Below are positions 41,800 through 54,787 of a stretch of DNA of 64,000 nucleotides, in pieces. Each line of letters starts with the position of its first letter. Positions within the stretch are counted from its first letter, which is position 1. This stretch comes from Eledone cirrhosa (lineage: Eukaryota), in NCBI GenBank assembly GCA_964016885.1, contig OZ024740.1, forward strand, positions 64,232,001-64,296,000. The letters run 5' to 3'. The notes beneath the pieces were generated by a model, which saw nothing but the letters and a program-made list of their open reading frames with translations, searched no databases and was not told the origin of the DNA. A program made the position numbers and the translations under genes.

Positions 41800-44700
41800 G
41801 GTGTTAAAGTTTGCTTGAAGCATTGTGAAATGTGTAAAATAGGTAGTTAAGAAAGCCACAACAATGCAGAGGGGAATCTCGAGGTAGGAAGTGAATGATA
41901 GATAGGAGAAACAGGTGGAAGTGAAAACTGAGAGAGACTAAGATGAAAACAAAACAAAGGTAGAAGGGTTACCGTAGTGGAGATTTAATCCCAATATTTC
42001 GGGCTCACGCCCATCAACGGGGGAAACGTTCCAAAAGGGGGGGGGGGAACAGGCCAAGCGGAGAAAGTTGTGATGTCGTTAAGACAGGAATGCCGTTATG
42101 GGGAGAAAATTATTTAAAATTTAAACGAGGGAAAGAATGCGCGTGCGCGTGATAGGCTGTGGCAAAAGCTACTGACCAAATGGGTTAAATCAAGAGGGTG
42201 CGCTAGCGTGTGAAAGCCGTAAAATATGTGTGTGTAAATATATATGTGTGTGTAACTGGGTGTGTATAAGTGTAAGTGTGTATATGTGTGAGTGTGTGTG
42301 TGTGTGAAAGATAGTGGGCTGTAGAAGCTGGAAATCAAAGGGTGTGAAAGGTGGTAGGTTGTAAAACATGTGTGCGTGTATAAATATAGATGTGTGTGTG
42401 TAAGCGTATGGGTAAACATGTGTGTGTAACTGTGTGTGTATATGTGTGAGTGCGTGTGTGTGTGAAAGATAGTGGGCTGTAGAAGCTGGAAATCAAAGGG
42501 TGTGAAGGGTGGTAGGTTGTAAAAACATGTGTGCGTGTATAAATATAGATGTGTGTGTGTATGCGTATGGGTATGCATATACGTGCGTATGTGTGAAGAT
42601 AGCAGGCCGTAGGCTGTGAATGGTCACTATGGTTAAGTTAACCATGTCAGCTCATTTCTCTCAGCCCGGTTGTTAAGTGGGGGTCTGAGGTTCTTAATAA
42701 CAAGTGCTTCCTTTATCCTTAAGGATCCGATGCTGCGTTCAGTCGCTAGGACTGTGACCAAGGGTCTACCCTGTGGGTTTCCGCATTTAAGGATGTGTTT
42801 ACGGAAGGAAGATGCGTTGGTGTTGATATGTTCCTTGATACGAACATGTAGGCGTCGGATGGTGCTACCTATGTAAAACTTGTTACATTTATCGCATTGA
42901 ATCTTATATACGACATAGGTGCGTAGGCAATCTGCCCCCCGTATCGGGCAGTTGCTGAGGGAACACGTCCCATCTGACTCGTCGGGTTTGTTGGAGAGGC
43001 ATCTTCGCAGCGAAGGTCCTGTGTGGGCCAAATGTATGTCAAGTCCCTCCGTCCGTATGGCCCTGCGGATGGCGTTCGTGGTATATTCACTCAGGTGGGG
43101 GATTTTAAAGAAGCCCCTGCTTTTATTTAAGTTTCTAGTGGGTGTCTGTCTATTGGGTCTGGGGTCTCTAATTCCGTTAATCAGTCGCTTGGGATAACCA
43201 TTAGATCTGAGTAGATTACGGAATTGCGTGGTATGGGTGAGACCACCCATCGGGTCGCTGCATCTGTTAGTGATCCGTGTCAGTTCATTTAGGACATAGC
43301 CTCTCACCATCGAACACCCAGGAGAAGACGGGTCACTCGCCCTCCTCGACTTCCGTATCAACATCTCGGAAGAAGGAGACATAAACACCACCTTCTACCG
43401 CAAAGCAGCGTGCAAGGACTTATTTGTGCATTATAACTCAGCCCTCCCCAACAACGCTAAGAGAGGCTATGTCCTAAATGAACTGACACGGATCACTAAC
43501 AGATGCAGCGACCCGATGGGTGGTCTCACCCATACCACGCAATTCCGTAATCTACTCAGATCTAATGGTTATCCCAAGCGACTGATTAACGGAATTAGAG
43601 ACCCCAGACCCAATAGACAGACACCCACTAGAAACTTAAATAAAAGCAGGTGCTTCTTTAAAATCCCCCACCTTAGTGAATATACCACGAACGCCATCCG
43701 CAGGGCCATACGGACGGAGGGACTTGACATACATTTGGCCCACACAGGACCTTCGCTGCGAAGATGCCTCTCCAACAAACCCGACGAGTCAGATGGGACG
43801 TGTTCCCTCAGCAACTGCCCGATACGGGGGGCAGATTGCCTACGCACCTATGTCGTATATAAGATTCAATGCGATAAATGTAACAAGTTTTACATAGGTA
43901 GCACCATCCGACCCCTACATGTTCGTATCAAGGAACATATCAACACCAACGCATCTTCCTTCCGTAAACACATCCTTAAATGCGGAAACCCACAGGGTAG
44001 ACCCTTGGTCACAGTCCTAGCGACTGAACGCAGCATCGGATCCTTAAGGATAAAGGAAGCACTTGTTATTAAGAACCTCAGACCCCCACTTAACAACCGG
44101 GCTGAGAGAAATGAGCTGACATGGTTAACTTAACCATAGTGACCATTCACAGCCTACGGCCTGCTATCTTCACACACACGCACGTATATGCATACCCATA
44201 CGCATACACACACACATCTATATTTATACACGCACACATGTTTTTACAACCTACCACCTTTCACACCCTTTGATTTCCAGCTTCTACAGCCCACTATCTT
44301 TCACACACACACGCACTCACACATATACACACACAGTTACACACACATGTTTACCCATACGCTTACACACACACATCTATATTTATACACGCACACATGT
44401 TTTACAACCTACCACCTTTCACACCCTTTGATTTCCAGCTTCTACAGCCCACTATCTTTCACACACACACACACTCACACATATACACACTTACACTTAT
44501 ACACACCCAGTTACACACACATATATATTTACACACACATATTTTACGGCTTTCACACGCTAGCGCACCCTCTTGATTTAACCCATTTGGTCAGTAGCTT
44601 TTGCCACAGCCTATCACGCGCACGCGCATTCTTTCCCTCGTTTAAATTTTAAATAATTTTCTCCCCATAACGGCATTCCTGTCTTAACGACATCACAACT

Positions 44701-44919
44701 TTCTCCGCTTGGCCTGTTCCCCCCCTTTTGGAACTTTTCCCCCGTTGATGGGCGTGAGCCCGAAATATTGTGATTAAATCTCCACTACGGTAACCCTTCT
44801 ACCTTTGTTTTGTTTTCATCTTTGTCTCTCTCAATTTTCACTTTCACCTGTTTCTCCTATCTATCATTCACTTCCTACCTCGAGATTCCCCTCTGCATTG
44901 TTGTGGCTTTCTTAACTAC
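41777..44919. mobile_element. 5'-truncated Penelope/Poseidon-like PLE with inverted copy, forming a ~3.1-kb palindrome
   Basis: Arms 41843-43305 and 43461-44919; the spacer encodes the RT C-terminus (LALLDFRI, TTFYRK); (TA)n on both flanks. Confidence 0.9.
43306..44133 (+). pseudogene. PLE RT thumb plus GIY-YIG endonuclease, 5'-truncated (mirror at 42633-43305 minus)
   Basis: NGYP, VVYKIQCDKCNKFYIGSTIR, RIKEH and KEALVI..PPLN. Confidence 0.9.
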
Positions 44920-44920
44920 G

Positions 44921-44965
<45 letters not shown>

Positions 44966-44967
44966 TA

Positions 44968-46430
44968 TAGTTAAAACAGAAAACAAAACAATGGCGAAGA
45001 GTGCAGTACAAAGTGTTAGTATTAGGTTCACCCTTGAGAGTGAGGGGTGGGGGACGACGTTTTAGGCATAAGCCCTTCATCAAGAGAAAAGTGGGCAGGA
45101 AAAGGCTTCCGAGGGTGTGAGGGGGAGTGGTTGAAAGACATTAAAGGGGGGGGGGAAATTAAAAAGATGGTAAAAAAATTAAAATGAAACAAGTGGTGAA
45201 AGGGTGTGAGGCGTGTGGGGATGGTGGTTGGTGGATGGAGGGGGAGAGGGGAAGGGAGACAGCGGGTCCGAGCGGGGAGGGCGGAAGGTGGTGTGCGTGT
45301 ATGTGTGTAGGTGTACGTATGTGTGTGTATGTGTGTATGTGAATGTGAGAGTTTGGGGAAGAACGAGATTCCATGTTCGTGTAATAGGGAAACTAGTGTG
45401 TACATGGGGTGGGGAGTCAGTGTGTGTGAGCGTGTGGATGGAGAGGGGTCAGAGGGGGCGTGCGGAGTCCGTTGGCCCAGTGTGTGTATGTGAGGATACG
45501 CACGTCTGTGTGGTGTGGATGTATGGTTGCGTGTGTGCGAAAATAGTGTAAGTGTTTGTGTGTGTGTGTGTTCCTGAATGTTTTCCCGCGGAGTATAGAA
45601 ATAGATGTTGAAAAATCCGAGTAAAGCAGGGTGGATGACTGGAGCGGTGGACCAGTGGTGTAGAATCCTTGGTATGGTGTAGAGGAAGTAGTGAGTTGTG
45701 GGGTGCGCGCGCAAGAGGAAGTGGTCCGAGGGTCAAGGCAGGGCGAAGGATGCGGGAGATAGCAGTAGGAAGATGACAGAAAGGCAGTGGTAAGGATGAG
45801 GGCAGACGGACGGGTGTTAGAGATGATCTGTATGTGTGTGTGGAATGTGTGTATGTGTATCCGGAGGTGCGGTGGACAGGGGAGGGGATGGGTATGTGTG
45901 AAAGGTTGAGGGAGAGTGTGGCGGTGTGTGTGTGTGTGTGGGGAGGGTTGTGTGTATATTAGTGGAAGTGTTAGTGGGATGCGTGTGTGGGCGTGGGTGT
46001 TGGTAGTGCGGGAGAGAGAGGGAGAGAGAGAGAAGGTGCTGGGGACAGTATGAGTAAGTGTAATGTACTGGTGTGTGTGTGTGTTTGAGTATGAGTGTGT
46101 GTGTGTGTGTGTGGTAGAGTGGGTGTTAGTATTATTAGTGGTGGGTGTGGGGAGTGTGGTGTATCAGTGTGTACTTGGGTGTGGGTGAGTGTATGTGTGC
46201 TGGTGTGTGTCCGTGTGTGTGTGCTGAGGGGGAAGGTGGGTTGGGGGATGTTTAGTATTATTAGTGGTGGGGTGGTCAGATATGGATGTATGGGTGGGGG
46301 TTAGTGGTGGTAGTAGGGTGTGTGAAAAGTGTCAGTGAGTGTATATATGTACTGGTGGGTGTGTGCGTGTGATAGGGGGAGTGGTGTGGGTGTTAGTATT
46401 ATTAGTTGTGGATTGTAGAATGTGAAAAGT
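44968..46430 (-). mobile_element. 3'UTR/pLTR of a C-rich Neptune-like PLE family
   Basis: Homologous to 54788-55530 (gatgaagggcttatgcc.aaacgtcgt...gaacctaata); strong C/A strand bias. Confidence 0.7.
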
Positions 46431-47360
46431 GGGTTTGTCCTGGAAGCCGCTACTATGCAGAGGTATCTGTAAATATTGAGGATGCATTATCCATTTTCAA
46501 ATGATCTGTTTGGGATCTCAGAGGTTAATGAGAGGACGGTTTTAAGAGGAAGAAATGATTATGAAGATGACGATGATGATGGTAACAATGCTGAAGAAAA
46601 GAATAATGATGGATGATGGTGACAGTAAAGAACAAGAAAACATCTAGAAAAAGAAAATATCTTAAAAATCAGAATTGTGCAGAACGAGGTAATAAGGGAT
46701 TGAAGATATTCAACGCCTTTCGAATTGTCCAGCGAAGTAATTCGATAGATTTCAATCACTAATTGGCAAAATCTTATTCAACAAGAACCGTGATGTGTAC
46801 CTGTAAGAAATCAACAATATGTTTTATTTATTTAATGCACGCAAATCCTGGTACAAATGCAGAATCTCTCACAATGAATTTTAAAAGAAACCGACATGAT
46901 TCTTTAGAATTTTCTGATTATCATAAAATATTCTTTCAATAAGCCTCTGTTGGACACTACATATATTTGTACCTAAGTTTAAAATAATGTGGAAAACTAC
47001 TTTATAACCATTTATACTACATTAGGCTAAAGCCCCGATGCCTCGACGGTATTTATACCGTAAGCTATGGAGCGTTAAGTGGAGAGAAGCTCATATAAAA
47101 TTAATTCCCATGACGTACCCAATATATTATATGCAATAAACATATTGGAAGTTATTTTTCTTAGTGTCAGTAGCAGTCGAGAATGCTAGACAACGCTGTT
47201 TCAAGATTCGTTAATCTTTCATCTGTGACATTCACTCAACCGGTACTGATATGGAAATCGACTAGAGTTTATATAGATTTTGCCTGATGAACATATGCTG
47301 GAGAAGCTCTTTTGCGTATATCAAATAGAAAACATCGGCTGAAAATGCTCATTTGTATAT

Positions 47361-47551
47361 AATTGTTTCTACTTTAGGCACAAGGCCAGCAATTATCCCA
47401 GTGTATTACTGGTACTTTATTTTATCGACCCCGTAAGGATGAAAGGCAAAGTTAACCTCGGCGGGATTTGAACTCAGATCATAAAGGGCCGTAACTCTAT
47501 GCTGCAAAGCATGGCGTCCGACCCTCTACCGATACTGCTAATCCACCGCCC
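47361..47551 (-). mobile_element. tRNA-derived SINE copy
   Basis: Same family as 3580-3763. Confidence 0.85.
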
Positions 47552-47632
47552 TTATAATTTCTTTTAATTTAATGTAATGTGTTTAAATACATCTTGAGTG
47601 CTACATATATTTTCTATGCGGTTAACGTAGAC

Positions 47633-47776
47633 TTGGCAGAGCTGTTAGAATGTAGGATAGAATGCTTTGCAGTATATGTGTCGGCTCTCTGCTGTCTGAG
47701 TTCAAATCTCACCGAGGTCAGCTTGCCTTTCATCCATTTAAGGTCGATAAAAAAAAGTACCAGTCAAGTACTAGGG
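47633..47776 (+). mobile_element. Older diverged copy of the same SINE superfamily
   Basis: TGGCAGAGCTGTTAG...GAGTTCAAATCTC...gcctttcatcc...gtcgataaa..gtaccag. Confidence 0.75.
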
Positions 47777-48373
47777 TGGATTCTTCCACTATATTTCTTT
47801 CTCACTTCCCTATGTCAATATGGTGCCCATACGACTCCCTTTTTTGAGGGGTTAACGTGCTCTGATGTTGGGTTTGAATAGTTTTTAGGATTCCCCAGTT
47901 CAGCAGCCAGTACGTTAAAGAAAATTGAGAACACACATTTTTTAACAAACATTACAATAATTTGTACAATCATAATGGAAATTTCAAATAACAGAAAATA
48001 CATAAATTATATTGTTAGAGCCTCAGAGTATACAATATTGTTTGTTCGGCCCTCGGAGAGCAAAGATGAAGAGATTGTTTGGCGAGCTCACTCTAGAGCA
48101 TCCTACATACAATTGGCCATGGGAGAAGCATGGTCCTCCCAGATGAAGGCCAGCCACTTTTAGGGTTTGACCCTGAGCTTTGTTGATGGTAATCGCGAAG
48201 CTTAGTCTCGCTGTTGCTCTAGTAACATTTTTTCTTCTGGAAAATCAGGCTGGGACTTTTTGGGTGGCATGTCGGCAGTAACAATGACGATAAGCCGTCT
48301 GTGGTTTCTTGAAATAAATATGTTTGCTTATATTTTGTTCTTGTGTAGGCAAAAATATCTGTACACGAATATA

Positions 48374-48450
<77 letters not shown>

Positions 48451-48689
48451 CAGACGTACATATATATATGAAACGAGACGTCCGTCTGGGAAGAGATATA
48501 TTAGATATGTCTCATTTGAAATAATACAGCCAATTTTCCACGCAATACTTTTAGTTAGCACCCCGAACACATAATTGGGAATATAATCACTTATTTCCTA
48601 ATGTTTGTTGAGTGAGTTGGAATTTGGCCGGAGTATCGCTAAAAAGCTTTCTCCGATATTTTATTTATATATATATGTATATATATATA

Positions 48690-49185
48690 TTAAAATAACA
48701 GATTAAAGTTTAAGCAAAGAATCGCTGTTTTCACCCTTAACGGGATCTCTGAAACTAAAAAAATCAATCTGTGAACGCAGAAGTAAATATTTCGAAAAAC
48801 GTTGTAACCGAAAGAAAACAGGAAGACGATACTTTGGTTCGTAAAGACAGACAGATATTATAAGCGTGCGACGTTATAGCTATGTATCTAATGCAGACAG
48901 CCAGACATACAAAGACATATTATAAGTGCGCGACGTTATAGTTATGTATCTATCTAAAAAGACAGGCTAAGAAAGAGAGGGGAATGTCGTATAACCGGAA
49001 GTGTTGACATTTGAAAATTTTAAAGTGAATATTTAAATAAACGATAAAATATCTTTAATCTTTTAACGAAATTTAGAAGACAAAAATACCCTCACTTTCT
49101 TACTTGGAAAAAATTGGTGCAAATTTGGTGCTGTTTGGTCCAGCCGTTTGTTCCATACATATGGCCGTCAACTTTATAATATATA
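48690..49185. mobile_element. Fragment related to the Helitron-like element at 2445-3440
   Basis: Shares aatgcagac.gccagacatac and atgtatctatctaaaaaga with 3181-3265. Confidence 0.5.
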
Positions 49186-49219
49186 TATATATTCGTACAA
49201 TTGATTAGAATATATATAT

Positions 49220-49289
<70 letters not shown>

Positions 49290-49291
<2 letters not shown>

Positions 49292-49485
49292 CGAAGGAAA
49301 TGTGGTAAGGAACCAGGTGGACCATAACGCACCAAAGTACTCAATACTTGAGGTAGTAGAGTGGGTAATAGGAACCAGTAAGACCCCGACAGCTGAGCTC
49401 AAGCCGTTTCGACGGCTAATTCTGGACTCAGTCCAGAATTAGCCGTCGAAACGGCTTGAGCTCAGCTGTCGGGGTCTTACTGGTT

Positions 49486-49488
<3 letters not shown>
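49290..49488 (-). mobile_element. Family A tail with perfect ~60-bp-arm palindrome
   Basis: taggaacc...ctggact-c-agtccag...ggttccta, flanked by (TA)n. Confidence 0.75.
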
Positions 49489-49571
<83 letters not shown>

Positions 49572-50025
49572 TATCTACCTATATCTATATGTCAGTTCTG
49601 TTACTTACTTACTACTACTACTACTAGAAATATTTCTGTATAGTACATAGTTACTGTCTGTTACTTTATTGTTTCTATGATGGGCTTTACATGAATTATT
49701 TATGACGTAAATTTCGTTCTTCTACATGGAATTACTAGCAGCTATTAATTTTACATTATTCCTCATGCGGTTTGGCAGTTACGTAATTGATTTATTTTTA
49801 AGAGACAAATGTAAGCAATGTCTCGACAGCGTATATTTCACTCTCAATAAGACCTTAATGTTAGAAACAGTATCCTTCTATTTTATTTACTGTATCCGTG
49901 TCATTGACAAACATGTTTTACAGATGAACGGAAAATTATTTGATAGCACCGATATGATAGATTTTGCAGTCAATGTTTATCAATACCGGGTTGATAAAAT
50001 AAATTATCGGTTAAATAGGTACTAA

Positions 50026-50162
50026 TAGTGATTGTGAACCTGGGGCACGTGACCCATAGGTGGGAGGGAGCAAATTTATAATGCAACAACAATAAGAAAA
50101 TGTATTCTAAATTTTTTGATGTATCATGGTGGGGCATGAAGACAAATGGTTAAGAATAACTG
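50026..50162. mobile_element. Degenerate hAT-like MITE
   Basis: Imperfect TIRs tagtgattgtgaacc and ggttaagaataactg. Confidence 0.45.
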
Positions 50163-50379
50163 TACAAGGGTCAATCCTAACTAACTATTTTCCATCGCCA
50201 AGTTATGTTAGAAATAAATATTATGCGCAATGTATCGGCAAAAACTTTAACCAGTATATATTTCGAAATTAACAAAAAGAAGGAATAAATATATATAAAG
50301 AAAATTATTAAAGACTTCTTGCGTCTAAGAGTACCATTAGTTTCGAAATTGTTTTGTGGCATTGTCATAAAGAAAACTT

Positions 50380-52050
50380 GTATAGGGAAAACTTTAATGA
50401 TACAGTAGTTAGGCTGCTCGTTTGTCTGCAAGAGACAGACAGATTCAGAACCGATATGAGCCACAGCTGCTGTGTATCAAACAGAATAAAAGAGAAACGC
50501 CAAAAGAAAATTTAAGCTGATGAAATTACTGAAACAACTGAAGCAGTTAAAGTAGAAATATCGAGGGAAAACTTGCCATTCCAATATATTTTCAAGTGTA
50601 ACAAGAGAATATACGTCGTATCAAGAAGCTTTAATAGTTTGGATTTGTTCTTCGGGAAACAATTGCTTTTATTTTCCTGACGAAATAAATGCAATAACGC
50701 CACAGCCAACTTATTCACACAGTTGTTTTCCTGGTCACTATTTTTCTTCTTCCTATATTCTCCTTTGTGTTATTTTTGTCATTTTCTGTTGTTTATGTTT
50801 AATTCATTGCCTCACTGTCCGTATCTATGAAAATTGTAATATGTTTTACCAGTTTCATTGTTTTCTCTTATATACTTCTATCTGATTTTCTTCGTCTTAT
50901 AGCTATCAGTTGTACAGACACGTTTACTGACTTAGGTTTAGTGTCAAGGATTGTTGTTTCATAACCAACAATAGGGATCATGTTACTGTTATTGTTCAGC
51001 TCTTGACTAGCTCTGTTCGAGCAGAATTATAATGAAACTCGATCCAGCTGTGACTACGCGAAAACATTTTGTTTCTTTCAATATGGTTTTATTAATTGAA
51101 GTTTAATTTTAAATGTTTGGCCGTAAGATATTGATTTCTACTTTAGACACAATGTCAGGAAATTTGGTAGGAGAGTAAAACTAACTTGACAGGCACTTTA
51201 TTTTATTGACCTCAGAAGGATCAAAGGTTTGGCCGTAACATACTATAAAACCTCTTTTTCTAACACATCGCAAAAGAGAGTTATATAACTGCTACACACC
51301 CCGATGTTTATATTATATTTCAAGCGTGGTAAATATGTTTTTGACGAAGAAAGAATAAATAAATAGACAAATGATTATGAAAAATATTACTAAAGACATC
51401 TAAGAGCAATATTTGCTGTCAGCGTAGTTTGTGAAGAAAGTGGATCGAAAGAAAACTTTAATGATACAAAAATTCCGCAATGAATGCCGTCTAGTTGTCT
51501 GTAAATGACAAGCCGTATCAGAACCGATATGAACCACAACTTTTGTGAATCAAACGGAATTAAATAGAAACGCCAAGAGAAAACTGATAAAATGACTGAA
51601 ATAACTAAAGGAGTTGAAGGAAAGCTGATAAAATGACTGAAATAACTAAAGGAGTTGAAGGAAAGCTCGCCATTCCCATATATTTTAAATATCTAACAAG
51701 GGAATATGTCATAAGAAAAAGCTTTAATACTTTGGTTTCGTTCTTCAGGAAATAATCGCTTTTATTTTTCCGAAGAAATAAATGCAATAATGCCACAGCC
51801 ATCCTGTTTATTCACCGTTTTCTATTGTATATTTTGCCTTCTTCCTATATTGACATCAATTTTAGTTCGCTTCTTTTGTATAGTCTTTATTTCATTCGTT
51901 GTCTCAATCGACATTCCATGTCAAGTTAAAAATCGTTGTGCTCTGCCAGCTATATTGTTTTCTTTCTTGTATTGGTTTTGCATCGTCTTAGATTAGTCAG
52001 CTGCATTGACCATTTCGTTGAATTAGATGTGATGTCACAGATTCTGGGTT
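50380..52050. repeat. Old diverged direct duplication (~1.06-kb offset)
   Basis: Shared blocks aaaactttaatgatac, tcagaaccgatatga and aaataaatgcaataa.gccacagcca in 50380-50940 and 51440-52050. Confidence 0.6.
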
Positions 52051-54692
52051 TACAGCAAACAATAGGTGTTTATGTTCCATTATGCTTTTGTTACCTGAAC
52101 GTCAACTATAGTCTGACATCATTATGGTCTCAAGCCTTCCAGCTGTTACTATTTGAATACCTTTTGTCTTTCAGTCAAACTATATCTGTTAAGCAATATC
52201 TACCACTTCTGAAGACATTTGGAAGTTAGTTGTTGATAATTGGATGTTTTCTCATTAACAGGAAATAGTGCCCCTTTAACAAGTTTTATTTACATATCTA
52301 GAGCATATATGGTAATTAATCATTCGCTGTTATAAATACTGGAGAATGTGCTACTCTTAAAATTGATTTATATGAAAATAAAATCAACCCTATATGCATT
52401 TTAAGTAGATTGTTATACTGTCATGTTTAGCCCGAAACGAAGTTGTTATAAATATACTATCTATAGTTTGTCCAATGTTTATCTTAATTTACATAAAAAA
52501 TATAATTGTCTGTGTGATTACTTAACTATTTAATCCTCAATGCTTTCAATTAAAGTAGAACATGTCTGGCGTTCTCTCCCATATTTACTATCGGAAGATA
52601 ATGTTAGTCAACTACTAATATTCTTCTTCTTTTACAGAATTTCCGATTTTATTACATAATTTTGTGATCGATATTACACTGAAGAGATTTAGTTAAGATT
52701 GGCGTATGTATATGTTATCTTATTTCTTTTATGTTCATTACTAAAATCCATATATGAAATATATTACATGCGATTCTGAAGTTGAATTTTAATTAATTTT
52801 GCAACAAAATTATTAATTAAATTTTCTCACTCACAAAATAGAGCGAATATACCTATCAAAACAAAGTTTTCCTTTCCTGTTATAATCATTAAATGTAAAT
52901 TCACCTACTTAACAATTGTACTTACTGGAGTTTATCATTGGAAGATAAGAACTTAATTACATTCTTATATTGACAAAATACAATTCACCAAATGTAGGTG
53001 TTGTTATTATGCGAGCCTATAAAATGTCAAATATGTCTGCTGATTAGCAAATTGTTGACATATTCATAATTTACATCATAATATAACCAAATTTCTATTT
53101 TCTTTTAAATGTGTGTTGTCTATAAAATATCAAGAATTGTTCTCCGTACACATCGTAAATTACTAGTCAATATAAATGCTGCCCTATTCAATTTTTCATA
53201 TCACATTGCAACTGTAGTTGCAATATCACAACGATAGCAACAACAAAAACGACAGCAGAAACAACAATAATCATAATGATTTCTTTAATATATTTCTTTT
53301 AATAATAATAACAATAGCCACAACAAAAGCAAATATTCACAGTAGTGTGAGGGTCTATCTCAAAATCATTTTCGTTCTGTTCTTTCTCGTTTTCCCCTCT
53401 TTCAACGTATATAATTGTATTATTTGATACTGGATAACTGGGCAGACAGCGTTGTGCACAGATCTTCCTAGACTCTGCAGTTATTGCAATACCTGGGTGA
53501 ACCTAATAGGGGAATTGAAAAACTTGTAGCATTGTGTTTATTTTTCTTACTCTGGTTGGATGTCCGTTAAGGGGTGTAGTTCCTATTCTGTAGTGTACCC
53601 AGCCTGAAATCTTTCTACTCACAACTGTAGCAATATTTATTTTTCTCTTTCGAACTCACATTTTTCTTCTCTATTGATTTTTGTTTGTTCTTTGTTCATG
53701 AATTTACAACGCCTCCTTTGAAGAAGAGAAAGGCAGACATTATGTCAGCAGATTAGTATTTTCAGGAGAGAACAAAATTGGTGTTACAGAAATAGTAAAA
53801 GAAATAAGATAAAAATAAAACTTTACTAAACTCCACGGTCTATCGCGTTTCATTAATTATGTCTTAAATTCAAATCTTACCAAATTCGATTCTACCTTTT
53901 ATCTCTCTGGAATCAATAATACAAATATCTTCTCTGACAAATTGAGCCAGTGTAAGAAATCGATTTCACATCAATTGAAGAAACACAGAAATTAGCAAAA
54001 TAACAAAATATAAAAATGAAACAAACCAAAATAAAGAAAGAAAGTAAAGAGCTTATAGGAACAAACAAATATAAAAGGTCCGATTATATTTTAGGAGAAA
54101 AAGTGTGTTCAATAGCAGAATCAGTATAGAGGAAGAAAAAAGTATTCTCGATATGAAGTTATGTCAAAAAAGATTTCGTATCTTGAGGTCAAAGTTATCA
54201 ATCATCCTTCTCAAATCAAGTAGGTACCAACCAAGGAAAAAGGATAAATAAACCGTTCCTTTCAAAATAATGTGTTGCCTTATCTCTGTTAGAGGTTTAT
54301 ATGTTTTGGGGAAATGAAAAATGACGTTGTGGGGTTTATATCTAACAATGAGGACAGTAGGTGCATATGTAACGAAAGTAGATTCTTATTTTTTATATAC
54401 AATATATATATAGATCTGATCGAGCTAACAGTATATATATATAGATCTGATCGAGCTAACATCGTATTAAAAATTGAGTGGCACTGCTTCTAGTGTTCAG
54501 CAATTTTTAGACAATTTCATCAGTGAAACAATTGTTAGACTGTAAATAAATCCTCTTTTTTGTACTGTTGACCATGTTATTCTCCACTTTTTTAATTATA
54601 TATATATATTTACTCCAATAATTTGTTGAGTGCTTTATATCAGTTATAAAAATATTTTGCTTGCTGTATCCCAACAAATTAAATATAACCTC

Positions 54693-54749
<57 letters not shown>

Positions 54750-54787
54750 GTGTGTGTGTGTGTGTGTGTATGTATATATATATATAC

